The notes: generated from the letters alone by a model not told the origin. Counted from the first letter of the stretch, positions 36,132 through 49,465 are shown. The stretch is DNA of 64,000 bases from Octopus vulgaris (GCA_951406725.2 OX597815.1:66774001-66838000); one strand, 5' to 3'. Made by a program: numbers and translations.

Positions 36132-38374
36132 CAGTTGATTCCATCTCTTTTTTTAATTGTTTACTTGTATCATGTTTAATTTGTTTTTCTGTTAATTTAC
36201 TGTTTTGTGTTTAATGACACCTTGTTTTGCTACTATGGTGGCCTTGTTGATGCTTTCCCCCTTGTTTGAAGGGTGAAGTGCAGTAATGGAAATGTTAACA
36301 GAAAACATTAACTCCTCAGACTTGTCATTGTTTGAGGAGGAGCTAGTGAAAAGTTTAAAGAGAAACGAAGAAATTTGCAGAGACAGTGAAGGAGAAGAGT
36401 GAAAACGTATGCCTAGGAGATTTTAAAAGATTCAAAGAAATGCTGAAAAGGGAGGGGAACAATGTAAAGGTTTCCCCTCCCAGTGAGACTATAGAAAAGA
36501 TAACAAGAAGAACTATACTGTATTGAACTTACAGTGTAAAACACCAATGAATAGAGGTTGCACCCAAATCAGAAGTTGAAAGGGCTTTCAGGCCCATATG
36601 GAAGGAAATAAAATACCTCACTAGAGGAAAAAAATTTGGAATGGTTGAGTTGCGGCTTGCATCAGAGGCTGTGGTCAGGCAGCATGCTGTGACTCCCCTC
36701 AAAACGGACAAGGTGGTCCTTCTGCCCATATACCTGGGAAGATGTGCTTCTAGAGTAAGGGTAGAGGAGACCCCTCCTGAGGTGGATGTTGCCTGGCTGG
36801 TAGCTGCCATCCTATTGGGATGAAGGACAAAATTGTGGTCCTCCAGGCCAAGAGAGTGTCAACAAGGAATTGGCAAGGGCAATTCCATCTCCTTTTTGAT
36901 TGTTTAACTACATGTATCATAAGTTTCATTTGTTTTTCTGTTAATTTACTGTTTTGTGTCTAATGACACCTTTGTTTGCTGCTTATGGCAGCCTTGTTAA
37001 CGCTTTTCCCCCTTGTTTGAAGGATGAAGTGCAGTAATGGAAATGTTAACAGAAAAGATTAGCTCCTCAGACTTGTTGTCTGAGGAGGAGCTAGTGAAAT
37101 GTCTAAAGAAAATAGGTGAAGCAAGAGAGGTAAAGAAATTTGCATAGGTAGTGAAGGAGAAGAGTGAAGACACTTGCCTAGGAGATTTTAAAAGATTCAA
37201 AGAAATTCCACCAACGAATAGAGGTCACAACCAAATCAGAGGTTGAAAGGGCTTTGAGGCCCATATGGAAGGAAGAAAAATACCTCACTAGAAGAAGTAA
37301 ATTTGCAATGGTGGAGGTGCAGTTCGTGTCAGAAGCTGTGGCCAGGCAGCATGCCGTGACTCCCCTCAAAATGGACAAAGTGGTCCTTCTGCCCATATTC
37401 CTTGGAAGATGTGCTTTTAGAGTAAGGGTAGAGGAGACCCCTCCTGAGGTGGATGTTGCCTGGCTGGTAGCTGTCATCCTGTTAGGAATGGAGGACAAAA
37501 TTGTGGTCTTCCAGGCCAAGAGAGTGCCACCAAGGAATTGGCAAGGGCAGGGCCTGGAAATGGTAATCCAGGCCACCCTGATTGATTTGGAGAGGATGAT
37601 GGAAACTATCACAGTCGGTGAGGATGTAAAGTTGAGAGTCATGGTGGAGGGCAGGATGCTCTGTTGCTTTAAATGTGGCGAAAAAGGTCACATTAAAGCA
37701 GAATGCCCTCTACCCAGCACAAGGGTACCAAACAAGAAAACCGCACCACCAGCGACATCATGTACTTGTGAGGAGGAACCAGAGAAGGGAGAAAACCAAG
37801 AGGAATGGAAAACTCAAATCAAAAAGAGGAAAAAATGTGAACCCCACCCAATCCCTTACTGTCCCACCCTCTCCCTGCAGTCATCAACACTCACCCTGCC
37901 CCTCCTGACACAGACATCTAAGTGCCCGAAATTACCCTCCCCTTCCCAAAAAATATGTTACATGATAGTGTATAAAAAAAATGAACAAAAAATTGAGAAC
38001 AGAATTAAAAAAGAAAATAAACTCACTTGTGTTTGTGATCTTGATAAAAAAGGAGGGTTTACCTGAGAACTTCAGATGCCTCCTGGTGAGTGAGGAGGAA
38101 AAGAACTGCCTAATTAAAAAATACACGACAAATTTTGAACCTAAGAATGGAAACAGAGACAATCAACTTAAGTAAGTTGCCATTTTAATGATTTATATAT
38201 GAATTGTTTAAAAGGGTCTAAATTAAGTCAGTCAGATGTGGATATATATGTGGCCTTCATTCCATTTCATTGTTCTTTTTCATCTTATCCATTCATTTAC
38301 TGTTTTTTTTTTGTTCCCACTTATATGTTTGTCTGTCCTTGTATTGGCCCCTTGTGGGCAATAAAAGAAATCAT
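36132..38374 (+). mobile_element. ORF1-only non-autonomous retroelement (HAL1-like) with 15-bp TSD
   Basis: AGTTTGACAACCAGA occurs at 36117-36131 and 38375-38389. ORF 37254-38066 has a CCHC knuckle (CFKCGEKGHIKAEC), AATAAA is at 38360, and no RT is present inside. Confidence 0.8.
37254..38066 (+). pseudogene. LINE ORF1/gag-like protein with CX2CX4HX4C zinc knuckle (disrupted upstream)
   Basis: 270-aa open stretch containing CFKCGEKGHIKAEC and EWKTQIKKRKK; upstream stops and indels. Confidence 0.75.
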
Positions 38375-38584
38375 AGTTTGACAACCAGAAATGTGAGACC
38401 TTTGTAAGTTTTCTCCTGATGAAAAAGTCATTGCCTTTGGATTTCCTTAATGGATTCTACATTACTAAGTGAGGCAACATCTTTTGAAACAATTGTAGAG
38501 ATAGATTTGAATGGTCTCTTTTCTGGTTACCACTTTGCTCTTTATTTTCATATTTATATTCATTTTTATATTATTTTAGCTTCA

Positions 38585-39860
38585 TTACCTTAAATTTTTA
38601 GTCACTTTTATTATGCATTAATTCAATCCATATATTGATCCAGAAGTTTGGTACTCGATCTATTCCCAGTGACTTCCAATTGCTGGCCTTTTTCAGGGCC
38701 AGGGTGAACTCCTCCTTTTGAATATCTTCCCATTCCTGTACTTCTTTATTTTCCAGGAGTGTTTCTTGTCCTTTAATCCATTCTGCATCTTCATTATGTT
38801 GTTTTTCATTTTCCCATATCGTACTCCAGAAGTTTTCCATATCCTCTTTCTTTGGCGGTTGCTCAACATTTATTTGTTGTTTACCGAGTTCCCTGTAAAA
38901 TTTCTTTCCATCTTCTTTAAATAATTTGTTTTGTCTAAATTGTTTGCTTCTCTTTATATATCGTGACAGTCTTTGTGCCTTTGCTTGGAGTTTTTGCTTT
39001 AGGTTTTCTTTTGCTTCAGGTATTTAATTTTTTTGTTTGATCCCACGCTTTTTCCATATTTTCTTGGCTTTTCTTTTGTTGACCTGGTTTCCATTACTTA
39101 TTTCAGTCAGTATTGATAGGTCACCTCTCATGCATTGTATATCCTTTCCTAAGTTTTCTTTCCATTTTGGTTGTCTTTTCTTCTGTTGAGCAGTTTTCAT
39201 TTTTAGTTTTATGCCTTTTGCTTCAGTAATAGCTGCAGCTGTGGCATAGGCTAGTTGGTCTAGCAATGTTATATTTAGTGGTTCTATTGTTGTTGATTTT
39301 ATCTCATCTATTACATTATTGCTAATTTTAATCAACCCTTTCAAGTTCTTATCCATACTGACTTTTGGTAGGGGCTCTTTGTCTGTGGTGTCTTGTGCTT
39401 TTACCTGTTCCCATTTCCTCTGTATTTCTTCTTTTAGCTCCAAATATTTCTCCCTATCCATGTCACTGTTTTGTGCTGTTGGTTGTTTTACAGATTCTTC
39501 TATCTCATTACCCACAGAGGGCTCCTCAGATACATCCTCTTCTTGGTTTTCTATAGTCCCTATTTCTATTTCGTTTGTATTTGGTGTTATACGGTGAGAT
39601 CTGTTGACTTTTTCTTTTATTTCTTCCAGCTCAGTGTCTGTGAGCCTCCTGTTTTTAATGATATCTCTTTGGACATTCCCTAACTTGTTGGGATCCATAT
39701 TTAACCTTGAAGTTGGATTTTATTGCCTCCATAATTGATAAGTCCTTTTTGTCGTGTTATCTTCTGATGGTGTAACAACCGCCATGTAGTATGCTTCCAT
39801 TACTAGTTTATACTCTTCCCGATTCCATTTAGTTCTAGGGTTTTTGCATGTAGTATAGCT
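38585..39860 (-). mobile_element. R4/Dong-type LINE N-terminal ORF fragment
   Basis: KWNREEYKLVMEAYY, LGNVQRDIIKNRRLTDTELEEIKEKV, FRQNKLFKEDGKKFYREL, ENFWSTIWE and NWKSLGIDRVPNFW (pre-RT motif); abuts a (TTA)n array. Confidence 0.8.
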
Positions 39861-39917
39861 TTTATTGTATTATTATTATTATTATTACTATTATTATTAT
39901 TATTATTATTATTATTA

Positions 39918-40112
39918 CTACCTCTACCTTAGCGAAGGTGGAGGTATCGTTTTCAGTTGTGTTTGTTTGTTTGTCTGTCCGTGGACAAGTTATCTCAAGA
40001 ACCGCTGGATGGATTCGGATGAAACTTTCAGGGATGGTTGGCCTTGTGACTGGCACAAACTAATTAGATTTTGGGATTGATCCGGCACCAGACAAGGATT
40101 CTGGATTATTTG
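39918..40112 (+). mobile_element. Helentron-associated non-autonomous element (HINE/DINE-1-like), 5' part
   Basis: acctctaccttagcgaaggtggaggt sub-terminal hairpin, (GTTT)n/GTCT microsatellite and a ggattcggatgaaacttt core. Confidence 0.6.
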
Positions 40113-40115
40113 TTA

Positions 40116-41215
40116 TAATAATAATAATGTAATTATTGTAAACAGTGCTCAGGTGAACCAAAACTTGTCAGAAAGTGCATATAAAGTGTATGCAGTAATG
40201 TACAAATGTCTGGAAAGCAAACAGTGTATGAGTCAGATATATGCTTGCGCGTGTATGGAGGGGAGAAAATCAGGTGTAGTGTTGGCGAATCTCAGGAAAC
40301 ATGGAAGTTTTGAAGGATGCAGTGCTCCGACAACTAACAACTGATGCCGGCAGTTTGTTCCATGCTTCAGCAACTCTTAGCGTGAAAAAATGTTTCTGAA
40401 AGTCATGGGAGCTGTGCTGTTTTCTGACTTTGTAAATATGTCCACGGGTGTTAGACAGGTGGAGTTTGAAAAGGTGCTCAGAGTTATTATTTGTAAGATG
40501 GTTAATAATTTTATGGGTGTCTGCCAGGACAGCTGCCAAATGTCGGAGTTTCAATGTATCCATGCCCGGGGAAGTAATGTGTTCAGAATATGGCAAATGC
40601 CTGATGGAGGGCATTCTCTTAGTTGCACGTCGCTGAACGGCTCCCAGACGATTAATATCCTGGGCAAGATAGGGCTTCCAGACCGGTGAGGTCGTACCAT
40701 AGCTATACAAAGCCGCAAATAGATAGCTGGAGAGCGGCTCACAAAGGACTTGGTGAGTGATGCCAAGACACCCTCAGCCTTCTTGGCAATTTTAGCGATG
40801 TGTTTTGTCCAACACAAATCGCTGTCGACAATAACACCCAGGTCACGTTCACACGAGGACTGTTTGAGATTAGTGTTGTGGAGGGAGTAAGTAGACGCTG
40901 GGTTCTTCCTCCCAAAATGCATGGTGGTACATTTGTCCACAGCCAGCTTGAGTTGCCAGTCCATGATCCACTGCTGCATTGTGTCCAGGTCTGATTGCAA
41001 TAGAGATCTATAGTGTACAGGATCTGACCTCTTTATTTCGAGGTACAGCTTGATGTCATCTGCATATTTCAGCACTGTGGCATTCTTTAAGTTGGCATCT
41101 ATGTCATTAACATATGCAACAAATAAAAGGGGGCCAAGAACAGATCCCTGTGGTACACCAGATGTCATCTCATAGGATGGAGAGTGCTGTCCTAGAACAG
41201 TAACAAATGACCTTA
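40116..41215 (-). mobile_element. CR1-clade LINE, 5'-truncated RT and 3' end
   Basis: SGVPQGSVLGPLLF, YADDIKLY, ERDLGVIVDSDL, VQRRATK, NTRGH and FFTLRVAEAWNKLP motifs; (TTA)n tail on the sense strand. Confidence 0.92.
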
Positions 41216-41559
41216 CGTTCATTTTCAGGTCTTTCTCTAATTATCTCCCTTGAAAGCATGCTCATAGTTTCCATGTAAGTTATGGTGGCATTGCTGTTTC
41301 CAAAATTTTATTTCCGTTTCTCTATTATTAATTTTACTCGTGTCTATGTCTTAGTAGAAACTGAGGGATAAAGAAATCAAACTACAATAACAAACGGCAG
41401 CAAAACCATTCAGAAATTAAATAACACTAACATATTCAGTAACAATAATAAATTTAATTTATCCTTGACAATTTTTAGTTTTACCACCTTTGAATATATT
41501 GCTCCTCTTTAAAACCTCTTACCTACTTGACAATTGCATTTCTAGCTCTAAAAATGCAA

Positions 41560-41755
41560 TTTCTGAAGGAAGCTTTACTTCTTGGACTCACTGTTTTTGT
41601 GTACAATGATGCTGTTAAACTTCTGTTAACAGCACTGTATGCAAGTCCTTTCCATTTTCGTTCATGCACGGATAAATTTTTCACTATAGACCTTCATAGT
41701 CGTAAAGACACTATATCAGTGGATAGACTAAAAAGGCCTTCATAGAAAAAACTGT
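41560..41755 (+). mobile_element. Ty3/Gypsy integrase C-terminal (GPY/F) remnant
   Basis: VFVYNDAVKLLLTALYASPF...TDKFFTIDLHSRKDTISVDRLK resembles the Gypsy PL..PY.GPF...VS.DRLK module. Confidence 0.7.
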
Positions 41756-41834
41756 CCCTGTTCCCACTGCAGATGACACACACACAGCATTACAAACATG
41801 ACTCACCCACCTTTACATTCCATGACCACAATTT

Positions 41835-42046
41835 GGATCATTCAGGTACTGGACAAGGGTTCTGGATTATTTTTACATTTTTTTTACTTACTTTTTGAGA
41901 GTGGTCAGGCTCATTTTTAGCATTCTTGTTTGTGGGAGCAGTCGAGTCTATTTCAAATATTCTCATTTTTAAAATCACCTCTGCCAATCGTTGAGAGAAT
42001 GTTGGTGTTGCCTTGGCAGAGGTTTGCACTCTCTGAGTGCTCTTGT
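41835..42046 (+). mobile_element. Helentron-associated element, 3' part
   Basis: acctctgccaa...ttggcagaggt inverted repeat followed by the terminal hairpin gcactctctgagtgc and a T-rich end. Shares gacaagg.ttctggattattt with 40091-40110. Confidence 0.65.
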
Positions 42047-42384
42047 TATTATTATTATTATGGTGGTGAGCTGGCTGAGTCACTATCACACTGGACAAAA
42101 TGCTTAGTGGCTTTTCTTCAACTTTGCATTTTGAATTCAAATTCTGCCGTTGTTGACTTTGCCTTCCATTCTTTTGAGGCCAATAAAATAAGTACCAAGA
42201 TTTCAATCCTTATGCCTACAGCAGAAAGGATTATTATTATTGTTATTATGCTAGTACATACTAATTTAGTTAGGGATTTTAATTTGTGGTCTGGTGACAC
42301 AAATCTCCTAAGTCAGTACTTTTCTGCAGGTCAGCAGTAAAGCACCATCCTATATTCTGCATATATTATTATTATTATTATTAC

Positions 42385-42722
42385 TTCATATACACACAAC
42401 AGATTAGATTGTTGGGAAAAATTCCTAACATCAGGCTACAACAAGTAACCTTAAATACCAAGAACCTTCCTAAGTACTCTAGCTGTCCCTAATAATACTG
42501 TTTTCTGGAGTTGCACTAAACTAAGGTTTTATACCTATTTCTTCTGCCCATCTGTTAAAATCTTTAGGAATAATTCCTAATGCATCTATAACTACAGGGA
42601 TACATTTTAGCTGCACTTTCCTCTGTAGCTCAATGGCTAAGTTCTGGTACTTTGCTATTTTCTCTATACCTCTCATATTGTCTTTCTCATCATTTGGGAC
42701 TGTAGAGTCAATTACTAGGCAA
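42385..42722 (-). mobile_element. R4/Dong-type LINE RLE 3' fragment
   Basis: The reverse strand gives LVIDSTVPND...EKIAKYQNLAIE...PVVIDALG...LQKTVLLGTARVLRKVL; same family as 400-705. Confidence 0.75.
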
Positions 42723-43289
42723 TAATAATAATAATATCATGTGAGGACGCATGGCCTAGTGGTAAGGAATTGCACTCATGATCATGAGATTGTGGTTTCA
42801 ATTCTTAGACCAGGTAGTGCATTGTGTTCTTGAGAAACACACTTCATCTCATGTTGCTCTGCAATCACTTCACTGACTAATGCATGGTACACCTTGCACC
42901 TGTTCAGGTAACGTCGATTTGATGGAGGGAGTGAACTAATGTACAGCACATACATTTGATCACTATAAACAAATCATTTGTGCTGGTCACTCAGCTAAAG
43001 CTGAACACTCATATGTCATCTTTGACGAGAGTCTGTCATTATTATTATTACTGTTAAGACTGCGAGCTGGCAGAATTATTAGCAGGCTGGGCAAAATTCT
43101 TAGGGGCATTTTGTCTGTCTTCACATTCTGAGTTCAAATTCTGCTGCGGATGACTTTACTTTCATCCTTTCAGGATTGATAAAATAAGTACAAGTTGAGT
43201 ACTATGGTTGATGTAATTGACTTACCCCTCTTCCCATAATTTCAGGCCTTGTGCCTATAGTAGAAAGGGTTATTATTATTATTATTATT

Positions 43290-43745
43290 TTATGTTTGAC
43301 TTTTGCTTTGCATTTGTACAAGTTGGTTCCAAGTCTCACCCAGAGACCTCAAGAGACAAGTTAGAAGTTCATGTTGGTGTTATTCCTAGGGTGCCATATA
43401 TTTGGTTTTGTACATAGTGTTGTTCTAGAGAATGTTTAAGAAACCATAAAAAGATTAAGTGTTTGTTTTAAAATTTGAGATTATATAGACAGTATTTTAT
43501 GTAAGATATGGGCAGTTCCCATGAGCACTATCTTTTGAATTTCTGCCATTTTGGGTATTCCTGGTATCTGAGCTAGGTAGCAATCAGCCCCTTTTGCTAT
43601 CATTCCCAGGGCACCTATGGCAACAGGTATTGTTTTAGTCTTCAGCTTCCACATTTTGCTAATTTCTCTTTCTAGATCTTTATACTTGCTCAGTTTTTGG
43701 TAGGTCTTGACAGATACATTTATATCGATTGGGACAGTCATATTA
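43290..43745 (-). mobile_element. R4/Dong-type LINE RLE 3' fragment and UTR
   Basis: ORF 43481-43741: TVPIDINVSVKTYQKLSKYKDLEREISKMWKLKTKTIPVAIGALG...QKIVLMGTAHILHKIL; (TTA)n on both sides. Confidence 0.88.
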
Positions 43746-44177
43746 ATTATTATTATTATTATTATTATTATTAGGGTGGTGAGCAGACTGAAGCATTAAT
43801 GCACTGGAAAAATTGCTTAGTGACATTTCTTTTAGCTTTACATTTTAAATTCAAATTTTGCCTAGGCTGACATTGCCTTTCTTTCTTTCTTTCTTTCAGG
43901 GTTGATAAAACTAATACAAGTCATGAAATCAACAAGTCCCATCCCCCAAAATTTCAGGTTTGTGCCTATAGGAGAAAGGACTATTATTATTATTTGGATG
44001 GTTAGCTGGCAGAATTCCTAGTGTGTCAGACAAATGCTTATTAGCATTTCATCCAGCTCTTTATGTTCTGAATTCAAATTGCACCAAGGTCAACATTGTC
44101 TTTTATTCAAATATGAAATAGAAGCAGCATTAGTGTAACAACCATTATCAATCATATATAATTAACGTATTCACTTT

Positions 44178-44470
44178 GTGGAGGCACATGGCTCAGTGGT
44201 TAGAGCGTTGTGTTGTGTTCTTAAGCTAGACACTCTATTTCATATTGCTCTAGTTCACTCAGCTGTAGAAATTAGTTGTGACGTCACTGGTGCCAAGCTG
44301 TATTGGTGTTTGCCTTTCCCTTGGATAATACTGATGGCACGGAGAGGGGAGACTGGTATGCATGGGCAACTGCTGGTCTTCCATAAAGAACCTTGCCTGG
44401 ACTAGTGCCTTAGAGGATAACTTTCTAGGTGCAATCCCATGGTCACTTATGACCGAAGGGAGTCTTAACC
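44178..44470 (+). mobile_element. tRNA-derived SINE (internally deleted)
   Basis: A-box-like tggctcagtggttagagcg; body homologous to 48078-48415. Confidence 0.75.
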
Positions 44471-44679
44471 CTTCATACACTTCATATTTGCTGGTAGGCT
44501 GCAATTTGGTATGGTGGAAACCACTCTCTCAAAGTGGCAGGTGCTAAAACACCTGAAAGTCATTAGAGTAGGTAAATAAGTACCAGTCAAACACTGGTCA
44601 GCGGTCAGTGTAATCAACTAGCCACTCCCTCAAAATTTCAGACCTTGTGCTCATAGTAAAAAGAAATATTATTATTATT

Positions 44680-45012
44680 GAGTGAGAGCAACACATGCTA
44701 TGAAAGTGATCCCGGGGTACAAATATTTGAAGCCCAGTATACCCACCATGACTACTCACCTGATTAGGGTACACTAGGTACTGATGCTCTTCCACCATTC
44801 CTGCTCATGATCAGTGATGCGCGTATTGTCAGCCACCAAGAGACATGCCCCACTGGTTATGGTCAAACAACTGACAAGCAAATCTGTGGTATTGAGCAGA
44901 ATATTTGCTATGGCCCATCTTTTACACCAAAACAAAACATGTACATGATAGCACTTCCATTCAGTTATGATAAGAAACCAGAAGAAGCAGTGCCTGATAC
45001 TGCATCAAGGCA
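44680..45012 (-). mobile_element. Internally deleted copy of the ~550-bp repeat
   Basis: Matches both ends of 1385-1938 with the middle missing. Confidence 0.8.
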
Positions 45013-46085
45013 TTTGTCATCATCATCTTCATTATTTTACAATTAACATCTGAAAGATGGTGAAAATAGATGCAAACAAAGATTATCTTTATCCTCCTGA
45101 GTCTTCTCCCCTTCCTCATCATCACTAATAAAAATTCATCAAGCCTCTACAAATACAGTTTAATAGAAGTTAGATTTATTAGATATTTTCCATCCTCAAT
45201 CAGTGACATCTTGAGCCTTTGACTTTCTTTTATGACAATTTCCTCTTTCTTGCCAAATTTCCTGTGTAATGGCATTTTTTGTGAACTCAGTGCCAGTGTG
45301 CTTCCTAACTACATGGTTTTGAGTTCAGTCTCATTGTGTGGCATTTTGGGCAAGTGTCTTCTACTATAGACCCAAGTCAATCAAAGCTTTGTGAGTGGAT
45401 TTGGTAGACAGAAACTGAAAAAAACTATTGTACAACACACACACACACACATGCATATGTAGTGTGCATATATGTATGAGTTTTTGAATCTCACTTGTCT
45501 TGACATCATGTGACAGTTGTACATGAGTATCATCGTATAAGCAGTGTCATTCATTTCTAATATTCTTCAAAAAACATCTAACCATGGGGAAATATTACCT
45601 TGAGTGAAAAGCAGGTGAGAGGAAGAGCATTCAGCCATAGAAAATCTACCTCAATAAACTCTGTCTAACGAAAGCAAGCATAGAAAGTGGATGTTAAAAT
45701 GATGCTAATGATGATGATCAACAATTAGGTTGGAAATTTCTCTTCATTTGTTTTATTCCACTTGTTTACTTATGTTATTCATCAAACCCACTTGTGACTG
45801 TGTTTCCTTCATCTGTGAGTCCTTTGATGATCGAATACCTCATTTCATTGATGTATAACTTTAGGCATTGATGGGACATATAAACATTTGGTCAAAAGGA
45901 CAGCTGTGATTCCTTATACATGCTTCATTTTTTCCACCTCTCCTGGAATTTCCTGAGTGTGTTTTCCCTCCTCAATATCTTTCTGGTAACACTCTCCTTA
46001 GTCTGCAATGACACCACAACATTACACTTTCACTGTCTAAACATTAGTATAGTTTTGTTAGTTGTGTTATAATTGTGTGTTTTAA

Positions 46086-46297
46086 CCATTTTGTTACCAT
46101 ATTTCTATTGAAATACACAGCCTTTGTTCCAACTAATTTTGAAAATAATGAATCTATTAAAATAAATTTGTCATTATTAAGCCGGTGTTTCAAACATAAA
46201 TTAACTTGAAATTTTGGTGGGTGGTTTTAATATAGATAAGCAGGAATTTTGTATCATAGAACCAGAGAGGGTCTCAGACAGGTTGGCATCAAAAGGT
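46086..46297. mobile_element. piggyBac-type MITE
   Basis: TTAA flanks; imperfect TIRs ccattttgttacca / tggcatcaaaaggt; similar in size and layout to 31521-31730. Confidence 0.7.
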
Positions 46298-46664
46298 TTA
46301 ATATATATGTGTCATGTCTTGCTATAGGGCCTGAGTAGATATCTATGTATGTTTGTGACTACAAATCTATGTATATGTAAAACAATTTGCATGCACATGG
46401 TACATGCAGCTAAGTCATATTCACTTGTGAGCAATGGATCTATGTGTGTGTGTGTGTATGTATACATACATGCATGCACACACGCATATATATATGCCAT
46501 ATTGCTAGATGAAATGAATGCATGAACTATGATCCAACAGATATCCATGGATACTATTGATTGTACTGTAATCATCCCAGAATTATGAACTATGATTGTA
46601 AGAAATGTGATTTATGAAAATGCACATGGTGATGCATTAAAATATCTATAAATTCCATACATGG

Positions 46665-46880
46665 AGTATTATTATTAAAGCAGCAAAATCTTCATAAACT
46701 GTTACTCAGAGTTTCACGTTCTCATTTATAGGAGAGTATTCATCACAACTGTCTGATGAACAGGAGCATGAAACACTAACAATTTGTGAAGATTTTGCTG
46801 TTTTAATAAAAGCATATTACTCTACTGTCAGCATTTGAGTACTGTTTTTTCCCTACCTTGTTTTGCAATTTATGTGTTTA
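46665..46880. mobile_element. Fold-back Penelope-like terminus with degenerate hammerhead motif
   Basis: Arms ~46668-46720 / 46760-46820; ctgtCTGATGAac...GAAAC at 46749-46774. The reverse strand has cgtGAAACTCTGAGTAacag. Related to 51010-51047; followed by (TA)n. Confidence 0.65.
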
Positions 46881-46936
46881 CTTGTGTGTGTGTGTATGTA
46901 TATATATATATATATGTATGTATATATATATGTATG

Positions 46937-46992
<56 letters not shown>

Positions 46993-47263
46993 TATATACA
47001 TATATATAAATATACATCTATCTATCTATCTATATTTATATATGTTTTTACTGAGATCTCCCTTTTAGTAGAAGAAATGGCTATAATCTCTTTGACTGCT
47101 ATTTCTAAATTCGGTGTGCGGTAAGGCAATTCGTTGCTAAACCCTTAATTGCTTAGTATTACTTAAATTTTCCTCGAATGAGGCTTTTACATGCCGAAGA
47201 CTACTTGGTGTAATTGATAATTATTCCAAATTAATTAATTTCACCCTTCATTGTTACTGATAA

Positions 47264-47330
<67 letters not shown>

Positions 47331-48077
47331 TATATGTATATATATTATATATATACATATATGTATATATGCTTATATGTTTTTCATTAAGGTTTAGCTA
47401 AAGCAACAGAGTGACTCAAGGGCCAAGAGTTTCTTGTTAGCACTTACCAAACTAGTTACAGACTGAGGATTTGTAAATTTATAGACTGGTGATAATAGTA
47501 TTTCCCTGGTTAGTTCTGGAACAAATTATAAAAACAACTACAATGTCACAGAAATAATTCATATTTTTCAAATAGTTTACCCAATATTCTGTTCAATAAG
47601 TAAAACAAATAAGGAAAATTTTTGCATACTTATACACACATGAGTATTAGTGAATATAAATACAGTAGATATATATGCATACATATATACATTTATGCTT
47701 GTACATGCATGATTATGGATTCCAATTCAAACATACATGCACAAATACATATACACACATGTATAGATATATCTATAAAGCAAAACAAGAGAATATACAC
47801 ATAGGCACATAAATGTACCTAAAATACACATATATGAGTGAATATACTTATATAAACATATAAATATGCATGTATATGCATACATTTGCACTTATATGCA
47901 CACATACAAATAGACATACATACATATACACAGACACGCATGGAAATATATATATACAAATACTCCTACACATGTATACACACACTAGCACATATGTATA
48001 GATACACACACTTATATACATATACGTGTATATATATATGTGTGTGTGTATACATATATAAATGTATATTTACATGT

Positions 48078-48415
48078 GTGAAGGCACATGGCTCAGTGGT
48101 TAGAGCGTTGAGCTTATGATCGTGAGGTTGTGAGTTCGATTCCTGGACCAGACTGCATGTTGTGCTCTTGAGCAAGACACTTTATTTCACGTTGCTCCAG
48201 TTAACTCAGCTGTAGAAATGAGTTGCGACATCACTGGTGTCAAGCTGTATCGGCCTTTGCCTTTCCCTTGGATAACATCAGTGGTGTGCAGAGGGGAGGC
48301 TGGTATACATGGGTGACTGCCGACCTTCCATAAACAACCATGACCAGATTTGTGCCTCGGAGGGTAACTTTCTAGGTGCAGTCCACATGGGGTCGTTCAT
48401 GACTGAAGGGGGTCT
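48078..48415 (+). mobile_element. tRNA-derived SINE, full length
   Basis: A-box tggctcagtgg, B-box gagttcgattcc and a CORE-like cttgagcaagacacttta block. Relatives at 42741-43020 (+) and 53545-53712 (-). Confidence 0.82.
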
Positions 48416-49289
48416 CCTGTGTGAGTGTGTATGCATCCAACCAAGTGGATTTGGGTGCAGTCCATGTGTGACACCTTAGACAAATGCTTTCTACTATAAC
48501 CCTAGGATGACCAAAACTTTATGTGTCAACTTTGTGGATGGAAACTGAAAGAAGCCTGTCATATGTAGATGTGTGTATATGTGAGTGAGTATGCATGTAT
48601 ATCTATATGTTTATGCATGTATATTCACTCACAAATGTGTATGCATATGTGTGAGTGTGCATTTATATAATTTATCTTCAAACATTTGAGCTCTGATATT
48701 GAAGCTGCCCCATCTAAGTGTACTGGGGAACTTAAATGAGTTATGTGATGTTCATACCCTTCACTATATCTTTGAATGAATTGAAAGTTCATTGTCTAGG
48801 AATGGAATCCAGATTCCAGATTACAGACTTGTTTATGCCAGAAACTCATTTTATTTTATAGTTTTCAATATCTTACCAATATATTATGATTATTGCTTAA
48901 GTTTATTGATTTCTTGCACAACTGCTGGGCTTCAGTTTTTTTAGGAGATGGGAAACAGTACATTAATACGCAAATATTTCTCCAAAATTAGATAACAGGG
49001 ATTGGTATGAATTTATAGGGCTTGCCAAGTTGTCTTCCTCTGATATTATAATAAACAGGTGCGATGAAACTTGAAAATGATATTGCCTTAACTGACTTAA
49101 TTATAGAGAGTGAGAGATTTTTTAGAAGACACAGACAGGGCAATGGCATGGAATATGTTTTTGATATCTGGTAATGTTCATTGTTGGCTGTTAAATTATT
49201 GGAATTATGTTTTAAATATTGGTTGTCTAGTTTTGTATGTTTTACTTTGATTTGCATTGTCATTATGGAATTAAAAAAAGGGTTAATGA

Positions 49290-49362
49290 TTATATATGTA
49301 TATGTGTGTATATATATGCATACATATATATATGTGTATATATGTATATATATATGTATATA

Positions 49363-49442
<80 letters not shown>

Positions 49443-49465
49443 TATATATATATACATATATATAT

